This document shows, one piece after another, positions 40,909 to 50,937 of a stretch of DNA of 64,000 nucleotides. Position numbers and translations under genes: made by a program. Under the pieces are notes generated by a model. That model was given only the letters and a program-made list of their open reading frames with translations, did not search any database and was not told the DNA's origin. Each line of letters begins with the position of its first letter. Position 1 is the first letter of the stretch. Source of the stretch: Candidatus Krumholzibacteriota bacterium (lineage in GTDB: Bacteria; Krumholzibacteriota; Krumholzibacteriia; JAJRXK01); the NCBI GenBank assembly GCA_963764625.1, contig CAVXTH010000002.1, positions 1 to 64,000 of the forward strand, read 5' to 3'.

Positions 40909-40980
40909 AATTCCAAGGTCCAAAGAACGGGTCCAACTGCTGCTCACATCCTCGCAAAGGTTCCATAAGGTCACTGTCAC

Positions 40981-41295
40981 TCATGCTAAAACAGAACTCC
41001 CAAACCGATCGCAAACAGCCCCGGCAAAGCACTCCAGTATCCTATCCTGTTCACCCTTGTCCAAGGCCAGAAGTTCTGCCAACCCAGCTATTTTATCCGC
41101 GTCTAGCTCAGTTAGCAATTCAGCCGGGCATTGATCAATGTCAGCTTGAGTCGAACCACCGCGATAGCCACCTAATTCACAGACTCGAGCAAGCAAGTCA
41201 TCAACTGTTGTGAGCGCCGAAGTCCCTTGTGTGAGTGAGTCGTCGTCACTACAGGCTGATATCAGTAAAAGCAGAAGTCCAACCCCTAGATTCAT
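40981..41295 (-). CDS. hypothetical lipoprotein cassette
   Basis: LLISAC lipobox, located between attC sites. Confidence 0.6.
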   Translation of the reverse strand: MNLGVGLLLLLISACSDDDSLTQGTSALTTVDDLLARVCELGGYRGGSTQADIDQCPAELLTELDADKIAGLAELLALDKGEQDRILECFAGAVCDRFGSSVLA

Positions 41296-41356
41296 TCTTA
41301 GGATTTACATTGTGCCCTCCTACTGAGAAATCATCAACTGCCCAACATTGAGATTT

Positions 41357-41453
41357 GTCTAACGTCTGTTTCAGCTGCAAAGCTGGCTAGCGGACCGTTG
41401 GCCCCGCCGAGGCCGTGACAGATGCGATTGTCGGCTGCAAGCGCTTTTTCGAC
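41357..41453. mobile_element. attC site (97 bp)
   Basis: GTCTAAC...TTCAGCTGCAAAG / TTGTCGGCTGCAA...TTTCGAC. Confidence 0.7.
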
Positions 41454-41475
41454 ACGTTCAGACGGCATGATTGGG

Positions 41476-41859
41476 CTATGAAGTCTGTCCTAGCCAGACG
41501 AGAAATCCGCCACTCAGGACTCGACCACCAACGCACCGGCAATCAACCCTTGTGCGGCGTCGCCCAGCAAGGAAAAAAAGAGTGCCGTCATGCCGTAGGT
41601 GACCGCGCTCATCCAAATGCACCAGCCAGCCTTTGGAGAATGGCGCCTTAGATCCGCTGTCTGAATTACCCCCGCCAACGCGCCGGCGATAATTCCGATG
41701 GGGACCAGCCACGCAACGGGCACTACAATAGCGTCGAACCAGGCCTCCTCTAATAACACATCGAAAGTGAACGGAAGCCCGAACCCGACTATCACACCCC
41801 TCGTGCTCCGCAAACTCATCAGGTGGATTCAGTTTCAAGCCGTTCTCTCCAGCCTCCAA
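41476..41859 (-). pseudogene. membrane protein cassette, probably frameshifted
   Basis: Hydrophobic ORF 41514-41819 overlaps a second frame and lies next to an attC site. Confidence 0.4.
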
Positions 41860-42065
41860 AAACCTCCAGGACTACCGCTGTCTTCCTCTTTGCCGTCCAT
41901 CGTTGAATCTCAAGCGTCTCATCCGTCATCGTTTACCTCCATAACTAAGACCCTGCTATCTTAGCAGCTGTCCAGTCTCAGGGGGGACGCTATACCCGCT
42001 CGCAACGCCACGGGGCTGCGCGATCGTTGGCCTGTGGGGGACACGATGGATATTCCCGCACCAGT

Positions 42066-42971
42066 TTATTTGTTAACAGTGAAATTGAACACATCAGGTC
42101 TTGCATAATGCCCAACTACATCGAACCTGCGTTTTGCAGCAATGATTTCGCTTAAATCGATATCTGCGTATAGGATCAATTCTCTTGAATCTATGGGGCC
42201 AGAAATTATTTCACCTTTTGGATTAATAATGCAACTCTGTCCTTTGCTTATCCATTCTTTCCCTTTTGGGTATATCGTTTTTAATTCTTCGGGTACATCA
42301 TCTATATGCAAGGTCATGCAGTTACTTATGACAAACAAGCCACCTTCTCTTGCAATATGCCGCACACTTTCCAACCAATCATCACCTTGATCCCAAGTTG
42401 GAGAAGCAAGTATTTGAGCTCCAGATTCATAAATTGCATTTCGTGCCAAAGGCATGAAATTTTCCCAACATATAAGGCCACCAATCTTCCCAGCAGATGT
42501 GTCATAGGATTTAAGTGTACTGCCATTTCCTTGGCCCCATATCAACCGTTCACAATTTGTGGGCATTAATTTTCTATGTTTCCCAAGTATTTCACCAGCA
42601 TCATCTATAAATAGAATTGTGTTATAGAGGCTGGAATTACTAGTCTCGGAGTTTCGTTCGTTCATCCCCATGACCACATTGATATTTGCTGACTTTGCCG
42701 CTTCAGAGAGCCTTCTAGTTGTATTGTCGGGAATTGATACCGCATTCTCTACTAGCTTTACATATAGGTCGTTTAGTTGCTCAGTTTGGTTGGCAGGAAT
42801 ACACCATACCCAATCCGGATAACCGGAAATAAACGCTTCGGGAAATACAATTAACTCTGCTCCATTTTTTCCGGCATCTAAAATAGCTGAACATGCTTTG
42901 TCAACCGTTTGTTCCTTGTTCAAAAATACTGGTGTAAGTTGAGCTGCTGCTATTTTTGTTTTCTTAACCAT
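42066..42971 (-). CDS. nitrilase, AT-rich
   Basis: FPEAF, HRKLMPT, ICWEN, GHYARPDVF. DNA is strongly AT-rich. Confidence 0.9.
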   Translation of the reverse strand: MVKKTKIAAAQLTPVFLNKEQTVDKACSAILDAGKNGAELIVFPEAFISGYPDWVWCIPANQTEQLNDLYVKLVENAVSIPDNTTRRLSEAAKSANINVVMGMNERNSETSNSSLYNTILFIDDAGEILGKHRKLMPTNCERLIWGQGNGSTLKSYDTSAGKIGGLICWENFMPLARNAIYESGAQILASPTWDQGDDWLESVRHIAREGGLFVISNCMTLHIDDVPEELKTIYPKGKEWISKGQSCIINPKGEIISGPIDSRELILYADIDLSEIIAAKRRFDVVGHYARPDVFNFTVNK

Positions 42972-43242
42972 GTTGTTCCCTTCTTCTAATTGCCTGCTAC
43001 GCAGGTATATATTCCAGCGCTCCTAACTGTCAACATTAACAGTAAAAGCGCTGGGGCATGTAAATACTCTCCGGGTATTCCAGAACCTCCGTTACGTGAG
43101 TACCACCTCTCCGGCTGATTCGGCCGGTCTGCCGTGAAGACGCATTTCACGAGATCGGCAAGACTCTGCAAATCGGCTCGACCCCGTACTCGCCTCGACT
43201 CCGATACACACCTAACTGCCAGATGCGGAGACCGCATCGAGT

Positions 43243-43707
43243 CTACGCAGTCGGCCGTTGGACATTGCTACGTCCTTCGGGTGGTAAGTCCAACCAGAGA
43301 GCCGTAAGAGACAGGTTAATGTCCCAGAGGAAGAGCAGGAGCGCAGATATGAGGCAGAGCATACAGAGGATGAACGCGATGGAGAGGACAACTCCGACCG
43401 CAAGCTCAAACAAGGCCCCTAGGAACAGGCTGATGATGAGGAACGCCGCGAGAAGGGCGCTGAGGGCCGCGAGGGCAACGCTTGTCCGGACTATTCTTCC
43501 CCTACTCGAGAGAATCCTCAGCTCCGCCAGAATCGTGGCTCGTTGCATTTCGGATGCCCCATGCAGGTCGTAGTTGAGGAGCCGGGATCGGTCGATAACG
43601 CGGCCGAAGCGGTTGGTCATACTCAAGAGGATCAGTCCAATACCCGAAATCAGGATGACCGGACTGATAGAGAGCTGCAGTGTAGGGATGAGGTCAGTGA
43701 GTGACAT
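43243..43707 (-). CDS. DUF2721 domain membrane protein
   Basis: ISPVILISGIGLILLSMTNRFGRVIDRSR. Confidence 0.8.
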   Translation of the reverse strand: MSLTDLIPTLQLSISPVILISGIGLILLSMTNRFGRVIDRSRLLNYDLHGASEMQRATILAELRILSSRGRIVRTSVALAALSALLAAFLIISLFLGALFELAVGVVLSIAFILCMLCLISALLLFLWDINLSLTALWLDLPPEGRSNVQRPTA

Positions 43708-44012
43708 GAAAACCCCCGTCAGCCGCAATGGCTGGTATGTTGATCGTCGGTCGAGCGTGCGGCCTCGCTTCTGCCGGGCCCTACTCTCGGAAATGTCTGG
43801 CGTGAATTCGACCGCCCCATGAAAGGGGCCTGCAAGGAGTCGTCCAGCACCGATACTGACCTTACCCCGCTCGAGGGAACCGAGCAAGTCAATACATTTC
43901 AATGGCTTACAAGACAAGGAAGTCCCCTAAGAAAACGTGATCGATTCCGCTCCGGTTCCGTGCGTCTTCCTCCGAGCGAATTCACCGGACCCGTCTGTGA
44001 AAGGAATTGATC

Positions 44013-45647
44013 ATGAAGACCCCAAAGCGGCTGAGACAACTCTGCGGCTGCCCCCCCTTGTGCCTCCTGACGCTGCTGGCCGGCCTGGCCCTGCTCGGCC
44101 TCGGCTGCAGCAAGAGCGGCCCCACCGATCCCGGCAACACCGACCCGATCGATCCCGCCCAGGTCAACGCCTTCGTCAATGACCTCCCCGACTGGGAGGT
44201 CCCGTCGACGGTAGAGGATCCCCCCGTCGATTTGCCCGACGAGCAGGACCTCGAAGACAACCAGTACTACCGCTGCCATCTCGTGCAGTACGACATGAAG
44301 CGGAACTTCGACAGCATCGTCGCGGTGGGCGCCAACGCGACCGCGCTCAAACCCGGCATGATGGTGCAGGGCAACGGAGTGAAGGACGGCTCGCTGTCGA
44401 CCATCGGCCTGAAGCGCTCGCCGCTGCTATTGTCAGTGAACCTTGCCCTCGATACCCCGTCGCGGCGGGTGGACGTGCCCACCAGCTCGTCGATCCAGGA
44501 CGCGATCGCGTCGCTGCAGCGCGAGGCGGACACGCGACTAGGCTCGCTTCCGGTCGTGCCGGCAATGATCAACTTCAAAGTCCAACAGGCCTACTCGTTC
44601 AGCCAGGCGATGCTATCGGCAGGGATCAGCCTCAACTATGACGCAGTCTTCGCGAACGGCTCGGTCAGCTCGACCTTCAACCAGAATAGCTCGGTAAAGT
44701 CCCAATCGGTCGTCGTGAAACTGCTGCAGCCGATGTACACGATCTCGTTCGCCGACGACGAGATGGCCGAGCCAGGAAACTTCTTTGCCGAGGATGTCAC
44801 CCAGGCCGACTTCGACCGCCAGCGTCAGCTCGGCACGATGGGCCCCGGCAACTTGCCGTGCTACGTGCAGTCGGTCACCTACGGCCGCATGCTCGTCTAC
44901 ACCATGACCTCGACGGAAGCGACCAGCGCCCAGGAGCTCCAGCTCGCCGTGCAGGCATCGTACGGCGCCTGGGAGGGCTCAGGCCACGTCGACAGCCAGC
45001 AGCAGCAACTCGTGAACAACTCGACCATCCAGGTCCAGGTGTTCGGTGGCACGCAGGAGGATCAGCTCGACGCGATCAAAACGGCGCTGCACACCGGTGA
45101 CTTCAGCGCCTTTCTGACGCCGGTGCCAGCAACCACGGCGGTGCCTCTTTCCTATCGCATCAACGACTTGAAGAACCGGCAGCCGGCGGTGATCGGCGAC
45201 GCGACGAAGTTCTCGATTAAAGAGTGCGAAGCCGTCAATGACATGATGTTCACCGTATCGCTGGACAGCATCACTGTCGTCGACGGCTGCACGGACCAGA
45301 CTCTCTTCGACATCGAGAGCTACGTCGACGTCACGGACAACGGCGAGTACTGGCTGATGCACCGGAGCGGTCCTGCCTTCACGCGCGAGGATCTGTTGAA
45401 CGCGTACCACCAGGCCATCTTTACGGTGACGGCGAGTGCCAACACGACGATCACCTTCACGACGAACTTCAACGGCGCCGGCGGTACGCACGACTACCAC
45501 TGGTGGTCGAAGGTAACGACCTTCCAGTATCCATTCGACTTCCCATCAAATCCCCTGCACTTCAGCCATCTCGACACGACGACGAACGATCTGTACGACG
45601 GCTGTACGATGGAGATGCACTACACAATCCAGTGGGAATTGCAGTGA
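44013..45647 (+). CDS. thiol-activated cytolysin (CDC-like) lipoprotein
   Basis: AAGGA RBS, LGLGC lipobox, and CDC core motifs LKPG, RSPLLLSVNL, YTISF, NFF...YVQSVTYGR, FGG and VPLSY...LKN. Confidence 0.85.
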   Translation: MKTPKRLRQLCGCPPLCLLTLLAGLALLGLGCSKSGPTDPGNTDPIDPAQVNAFVNDLPDWEVPSTVEDPPVDLPDEQDLEDNQYYRCHLVQYDMKRNFDSIVAVGANATALKPGMMVQGNGVKDGSLSTIGLKRSPLLLSVNLALDTPSRRVDVPTSSSIQDAIASLQREADTRLGSLPVVPAMINFKVQQAYSFSQAMLSAGISLNYDAVFANGSVSSTFNQNSSVKSQSVVVKLLQPMYTISFADDEMAEPGNFFAEDVTQADFDRQRQLGTMGPGNLPCYVQSVTYGRMLVYTMTSTEATSAQELQLAVQASYGAWEGSGHVDSQQQQLVNNSTIQVQVFGGTQEDQLDAIKTALHTGDFSAFLTPVPATTAVPLSYRINDLKNRQPAVIGDATKFSIKECEAVNDMMFTVSLDSITVVDGCTDQTLFDIESYVDVTDNGEYWLMHRSGPAFTREDLLNAYHQAIFTVTASANTTITFTTNFNGAGGTHDYHWWSKVTTFQYPFDFPSNPLHFSHLDTTTNDLYDGCTMEMHYTIQWELQ

Positions 45648-45789
45648 CCGGATCTTGGACGATCGGCGGGCCCGACGGGTCCGGGACGGTCCGCCGCGCG
45701 GACGGGGGCGGCCAAGCGTCGCCCCCGCTGCGTAGCCGACCCAATGAAAATACTCTAGTATTCCATCTACCCCCTCTGGAAGGTGGACG

Positions 45790-46353
45790 ATGGATCCCGA
45801 TCGCGCCGAGATCACCTCCCTGCTGTTGGAGCTGTCCGGCAACAACCGCGGGACCGTTGACGCCCTCATGCCGCTCGTCTACGACTCTCTCCACGGCATC
45901 GCCCGCCGCCAGCTCAGCTTAGAGCGTCGCGACCACACACTGGCGCCAACCGCACTGGTCCACGAGGCCTACCTGAAGCTCATCGACCAGGACCGCGTCC
46001 GCTGGCAAAACCGGGCCCATTTCTACGCGATCGCCGCGCGCGCCATGCGCCGCATCCTCGTCAACCACGCCCGCGACCGCCTCGCGCAGAAGCGCGGCGG
46101 TGGCCTGGTCACGGTGACTTTCGACGAGGAGTTGGCCCCCGCCGTTACGGGCCCCGAGGAGATGCTGGCGCTCGAGGACGCCCTGATTCGCCTGCAGGAG
46201 CGCGACCCACGCCGCGCCCAGGTGGTCGAGTGCCGCTTCTTCGGCGGCCTGACGCACGAGGAGATCGCAGAGGCACTCGGTGTGTCCGTGCCCACGGTGC
46301 AGCGCGACTGGCGCTTCGCCCGAGCCTGGCTCGCTAAGGAGCTGGCCTCGTGA
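45790..46353 (+). CDS. ECF sigma factor, Ser/Thr-kinase-associated type
   Basis: HTLAPTALVHEAYLKL, AMRRILVNHAR, KRGG, RFFGGL, RDWRFARAWL. Confidence 0.9.
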   Translation: MDPDRAEITSLLLELSGNNRGTVDALMPLVYDSLHGIARRQLSLERRDHTLAPTALVHEAYLKLIDQDRVRWQNRAHFYAIAARAMRRILVNHARDRLAQKRGGGLVTVTFDEELAPAVTGPEEMLALEDALIRLQERDPRRAQVVECRFFGGLTHEEIAEALGVSVPTVQRDWRFARAWLAKELAS

Positions 46354-49300
46354 GCGACTCGCACTGGGATCGTCTCGAGGCGCTGTTCGAAGCCGCCTGT
46401 GCTCTACCACCGGGGGAGAGAGACGCATTCCTGGAACGCGAATGTGGCGATGACCTCGGCCTGCGCGACGAAGTGCAGTCGCTGCTCGACGCCGACCGGT
46501 CGAGTAACCACCTACTGGACGGCAGCGCGCTGGACCTCGCTCCTCCGCTCGCGGCTCCGCTGACCCCTGGCCGCCAGATCGGTCCCTACCGCGTGACCGC
46601 CGAGCTCGGCGAGGGCGGTATGGGAGCGGTATACCTGGCCGAGCGCTGCGACGGACAGTTCGAGCAGCGCGTGGCGCTGAAGGTCGTCCGTTTCGGCCTG
46701 GCGTCTCCCACGCTGGTGCGCCGGTTCGGGGAGGAGCGGCAGATCCTCGCACGCCTGGAGCATCCCGGCATCGCGCGGCTGCTCGACGGCGGTGTCACCG
46801 ACGGCGGCCTGCCCTGGTTCAGCATGGAGTACGTCGAGGGCGAGCCGATCGACCGCTGGTGCGACCGCCGTGGCCTCGGCGTCCGCACGCGCCTCGAGCT
46901 TTTCGCCGCGGTCTGCGACGCTGTCCAATACGCGCAGAACAACCTGGTGGTTCACCGCGACCTCAAGCCCAGCAATATCCTGGTGACCGGCGACGGCGCC
47001 GTAAAGCTGCTGGATTTCGGCATCGCGAAGCTGGTCGCGACCAACTCCGAGGTCGATGATCGCGCCCTGCGCACCCTCACGGCTGCTCCGTTGATGACCG
47101 CCAGCTACGCGGCGCCCGAGCAGCTGCTCGGTGGGCGCATCACCACCGCCACCGACGTCTATGCGCTAGGGATGGTGCTCTACGAGCTGCTGGCCGGTGG
47201 TCGTGCCTACGAGGTGGCCGGCCTCACCCCGACCCAGCTCGAGCGTACGGTTTGCGTTGATACCCCGGCGCGGCCAAGCTCCACGGTCCGCGATTCGCGC
47301 CGGCGCCGGCACGTGGCCGGCGACCTCGACAACATCTGCCTCAAGGCGCTGGCCAAGGAACCCGAGCGCCGCTACGCAACCGCCGGCCAGCTCGGCGAGG
47401 ACATCCGCCTGCACCTGTCCGGCCTGCCGGTACGCGCGCGACCGGCGACCTTCGGTTATCTCGCTCGCAAGGCGATACGGCGCTACCGTCCCCAGCTTAC
47501 CGTTGCCGCCGCCGCGCTCGCCGTGTTGATCGTCCTGGGCGCCTGGTTCACGCACCGCATCGCGCACGAGCGCGACCTGGCGCGACGCGAGGCCGCGCGC
47601 ACGACTCAGGTCGCGAAGTTTCTGTCCTCGCTGTTCCGGGTGTCAGACCCCGAGGAGGCGCGCGGGGAAGACATCAGCGCACGCGAACTGCTCCAGCGTG
47701 GCGCCGCCCGGGTAGGCACCGAGCTGGCGGGGCAGCCGGACTTGCAGGCCACGATGGACGGCGTCCTGGGCAACGTTTACCTGAATCTGGGCCTGCACGA
47801 GGAGTCCGACAGCTTGCTCACCCGCGCCGTGGCGTTGAATCAGAAGCTGAACGTGCGTGACGGACCGGAGTACGCCGAGCAGCTCGCGAACTTGGGCCAA
47901 CTCCGCGTGGAGCAAGGACGGTATGCGGACGCCGACTCCGTGCTGACGGCGGCTCTGACCATCCAGCGGCGTGATCGCCGGCTCGAGGACACGCGCATCG
48001 CCGCGACGATGGTCTCGCTCGGGCACGTCATGGACTTGACGGGGGATTACGCGCGCGCGGAGACGCTCTACCGCGAGGCCATCGCCGTCTGCAAGGCGTC
48101 GCCGAAGCCCGACGAGCTCCGGCTCTCGACCGCCATGGGCGCGTTGGCGCTGGAACTCTTGGATCGCGACCAGCTGGACGAATCCGAGAATCTGTTCCGC
48201 GAGACTCTGGCGCTGCAGCGTCGCACTCTCGGCGAAGACCACCCCGAGGTCGCCACCACCCTGTTCAACCTCGGGTTGTTGCTGAGTAACCGCGGCGACT
48301 TCGCCGGTGCGGAGAAAATCCAGCGTGAGACCATGGCGCTGGACCGTAAGCTCTACGGCGAGGAACATCCCAACGTCGCCTATGATCTGAACAATCTCGC
48401 GTTCCTCGAGCGGCAGAAAGGCAATTTCGCGGAGGCCGAATCGGTGGCGCGCCAGGCCTTGGCGATGCGGCGCAAGCTTCTAGGTGACGACCATCCTCAA
48501 ACGATCGAGACCGAGGCAAACCTCGCGCAGATCCTCCAGTCTCGAGGCGAGTACGCCGCGGCTACCCAGCTGGCCCACAAAGTGCTGGACGCGAAGACCC
48601 GCATCTATGGCAGCGACAGTCCGGCTCTGTGCGCCGCCATGAACCAATTCGGCTGGTTCCTCTACGACCTGGGACGGTTCGCTGAGGCAGACTCACTCCA
48701 CCGTCGTTCACTCGCGCTCGGCATCGAGAAGCTGGGAGCAGACCACAAGTCCGTCGCGATCAGCCGCCTGCAGCTCGCGCGCGACCTCGTTGCCGAGCAC
48801 CAGCTGGCTGCGGCCGATAGCGTTCTGCAACCGGGCCTGGCGGCGGCCCGCCGTCTTTACGGAGACAGCAACATCTTTACCGCCGCCTTCCACATGGAGG
48901 AGGGAAGGATTCGTCTCGAGCAGGGACGCCTTAGCGCCGCGCTGACCGAAACCCGCACCGCGATGGCAGTCGCGGACAGCAGGGAGAAGGGCAGCCCTCG
49001 CCGCGCGGGGGCTCTGCTGCTGACGGCGGAAATCCAGCACGAGCAGGGGCACGCCGCCTCCGCCGATAGCCTCTACCGCGAAGCGACGCGGATCCGCGAA
49101 CTCACCGTTCCCGCCAGCCATCCGGAGGCGGCGTGGATCAGGCTACGCCACGGAGCACTGCAGCTCGAGCAAGGCAAGGTCGCGACGGCTCGCACCCTGA
49201 TCGTACCGGCAGCGGAGGCGCTGGCGAAGGCGCTGCCGCCCGATCACTGGCGGGTCGCTTACGCCCGGACCCTGGCGGCCGCCTGCCACCTGGACACGCG

Positions 49301-49406
49301 CGAACCCGGGGCCCGAGCGGAACTCGTCTCGGGGCGTGCGCGGGTCGCGGCGGACCTGGGAGCTGACAATCGCCTGGTGAAGGCGCTTGCCCGGATTTCC
49401 GATTAG
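46350..49406 (+). CDS. membrane Ser/Thr protein kinase with TPR domain
   Basis: GEGGMGAVY, VALK, HRDLKPSN, DFG and APE, then one TM helix and LGEDHP-type TPRs. GTGA overlap with the ECF gene. Confidence 0.92.
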   Translation: MSDSHWDRLEALFEAACALPPGERDAFLERECGDDLGLRDEVQSLLDADRSSNHLLDGSALDLAPPLAAPLTPGRQIGPYRVTAELGEGGMGAVYLAERCDGQFEQRVALKVVRFGLASPTLVRRFGEERQILARLEHPGIARLLDGGVTDGGLPWFSMEYVEGEPIDRWCDRRGLGVRTRLELFAAVCDAVQYAQNNLVVHRDLKPSNILVTGDGAVKLLDFGIAKLVATNSEVDDRALRTLTAAPLMTASYAAPEQLLGGRITTATDVYALGMVLYELLAGGRAYEVAGLTPTQLERTVCVDTPARPSSTVRDSRRRRHVAGDLDNICLKALAKEPERRYATAGQLGEDIRLHLSGLPVRARPATFGYLARKAIRRYRPQLTVAAAALAVLIVLGAWFTHRIAHERDLARREAARTTQVAKFLSSLFRVSDPEEARGEDISARELLQRGAARVGTELAGQPDLQATMDGVLGNVYLNLGLHEESDSLLTRAVALNQKLNVRDGPEYAEQLANLGQLRVEQGRYADADSVLTAALTIQRRDRRLEDTRIAATMVSLGHVMDLTGDYARAETLYREAIAVCKASPKPDELRLSTAMGALALELLDRDQLDESENLFRETLALQRRTLGEDHPEVATTLFNLGLLLSNRGDFAGAEKIQRETMALDRKLYGEEHPNVAYDLNNLAFLERQKGNFAEAESVARQALAMRRKLLGDDHPQTIETEANLAQILQSRGEYAAATQLAHKVLDAKTRIYGSDSPALCAAMNQFGWFLYDLGRFAEADSLHRRSLALGIEKLGADHKSVAISRLQLARDLVAEHQLAAADSVLQPGLAAARRLYGDSNIFTAAFHMEEGRIRLEQGRLSAALTETRTAMAVADSREKGSPRRAGALLLTAEIQHEQGHAASADSLYREATRIRELTVPASHPEAAWIRLRHGALQLEQGKVATARTLIVPAAEALAKALPPDHWRVAYARTLAAACHLDTREPGARAELVSGRARVAADLGADNRLVKALARISD

Positions 49407-49421
49407 AGAGAGTCGCCCCCC

Positions 49422-50036
49422 TCAACTCTTTTTCGCTACAACATGAAAAATCTGCCAGTGCTTTGGTTTTCGCAGCTCCGGCGGGTCATCTTTCTCTTCT
49501 TCGTTCAACAACTCGATGTCGAAGCCTTTCAATAGCTCAAAAAGCTCTTCCTGAGAGTGGTGAGTCCGACCGGGGAGCGACGCCCATGTGTCGCGGTCCC
49601 CGAAGAACTGACCAGCGAACCGTCCCCCTGGACGGATCGCCGTTACGATCCGGCCCCAAAGTGATGGAAAGTGCGCCTGCCTGCAGAACGGCAAGGCAAA
49701 GCTCGCATTCACCAGGTCGCAGTCGGGAACCTGCATCTCCGCGAAGTCCACCTCCACTGTAGTCAGCCGCGGCTTCAGCTCCGTACGCACGCGGGGCAGC
49801 AGGAGCCTGAACGAATCCGGGTGGCCATCCGTCGCCACCACCCGCCAGCCACGTTCGAGCAGCTCCAGCGTGTCCCGTCCCTCGCCCGCAGCAATGTCGA
49901 TTGCGAGCCCCTCGGTGAGGCCCTCCCGTGCGAACAAGTCCAGCGCCTCAATCAGCGTCTCGCGCGCCCCTTTTCCCAGGACCGACCCGAAGTACCCCGG
50001 CCAGTCTTCTGCCTCAGAATAGTCCTGCGACTTCAT
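49422..50036 (-). CDS. class I SAM-dependent methyltransferase (TehB-like) cassette
   Basis: IDIAAGEGRD, NASFALPF, GGRFAGQFFG, KHWQIFHVVA. Confidence 0.85.
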   Translation of the reverse strand: MKSQDYSEAEDWPGYFGSVLGKGARETLIEALDLFAREGLTEGLAIDIAAGEGRDTLELLERGWRVVATDGHPDSFRLLLPRVRTELKPRLTTVEVDFAEMQVPDCDLVNASFALPFCRQAHFPSLWGRIVTAIRPGGRFAGQFFGDRDTWASLPGRTHHSQEELFELLKGFDIELLNEEEKDDPPELRKPKHWQIFHVVAKKS

Positions 50037-50126
50037 GGACGGAAAACCCAGGTCGTTCGAGCGTTTTGGCTCTAGCATCCATCCCCTCCAATACGCAGTG
50101 GATACCCCGCGATGCCTACCGACGCT

Positions 50127-50224
50127 CTCTAAGGTTGGCTTCAGCTGCAAGCGTGGCTGGCGCCAACCTGGCGCATGCCAGGTGCGTGCTAGGCGGCTTT
50201 GTCGGGTGCAAACTCCTGTTAGCT
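50127..50224. mobile_element. attC site (98 bp)
   Basis: CTCTAAG...TTCAGCTGCAAG / TTTGTCGGGTGCAA...GTTAGCT. Contains the stop codon of the upstream gene. Confidence 0.8.
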
Positions 50225-50815
50225 GGCAACACCACTAACCACAACATCCGCCCTTTCGTCAGGCTTATGCGCCTCTACGTACCGATCTTCACTTGGCATC
50301 CAGTTTTGTTCCCATGTCTCCCGATAAGCTTCTCCATCGCGTGCGATTCCTCGGCTCAACCGCAAGTGACGTGGGCAGTCGACCCAAATACGTAGATCGT
50401 ACAGCGCTGCCAACTCGCGGCGGCTAGAAGATACACCTTCAACAATGACTATGGCCCCAGGAGAGACTTCCAGAGTCTCCGCCAAAACGTCCTCCGTCCA
50501 GTCATACCTAGCAAAGCGGGCAACGTCCCCCCGACGAAGGGGGGCGAGAACTTGATCGCGGAGACGTTTCCAATCGAAATTGCCACCAATTGGTTTCTCG
50601 ACAACCGCTCCTTTTGGTTGAAGCGATGAAGGCAGGTAAAAATCGTCGAAGTGGACGATCTCTGCACGCCGACCGGTCGCTTCCAACTCCGAAGCACAGG
50701 CAGCCGCAAACGTAGATTTGCCAGCGCCACCTTTCCCGTCGACGGCAAGTAGTACCGTCGAGCAACCGGTGTCCATGGCTACAATCCGCTGAACAACTTC
50801 AGACGCTTGGTTCAT
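50219..50815 (-). CDS. uridine kinase-like P-loop protein cassette
   Basis: DGKGGAGKST, HFDDFY, IVEGV, RGIARDG. Confidence 0.85.
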   Translation of the reverse strand: MNQASEVVQRIVAMDTGCSTVLLAVDGKGGAGKSTFAAACASELEATGRRAEIVHFDDFYLPSSLQPKGAVVEKPIGGNFDWKRLRDQVLAPLRRGDVARFARYDWTEDVLAETLEVSPGAIVIVEGVSSSRRELAALYDLRIWVDCPRHLRLSRGIARDGEAYRETWEQNWMPSEDRYVEAHKPDERADVVVSGVAS

Positions 50816-50828
50816 CGATCCCCTGCCC

Positions 50829-50937
50829 AGCTAACGCGTTCGCTCAGCTGCGAGGCCCCTTGGCGGGTCAGGTGCTGAGCCACAATCCTTCGATGCCCCT
50901 AGTCTGCACCCGAAGCACCTGGCATGACAAGGGGCCG
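50829..50937. mobile_element. long-type attC site, one arm deleted
   Basis: AGCTAAC...GCTCAGCTGCGAGGCCCC. Near-copy of 53998-54132. Confidence 0.7.

Noticed and set aside
43210-43263. Short attC candidate ACCTAAC...GTTGGAC with GATGCGG/CCGCATC hairpin
   Set aside because: It is only 54 bp, the hairpin is off-centre and the L boxes do not pair. It is possibly a remnant but not supportable.
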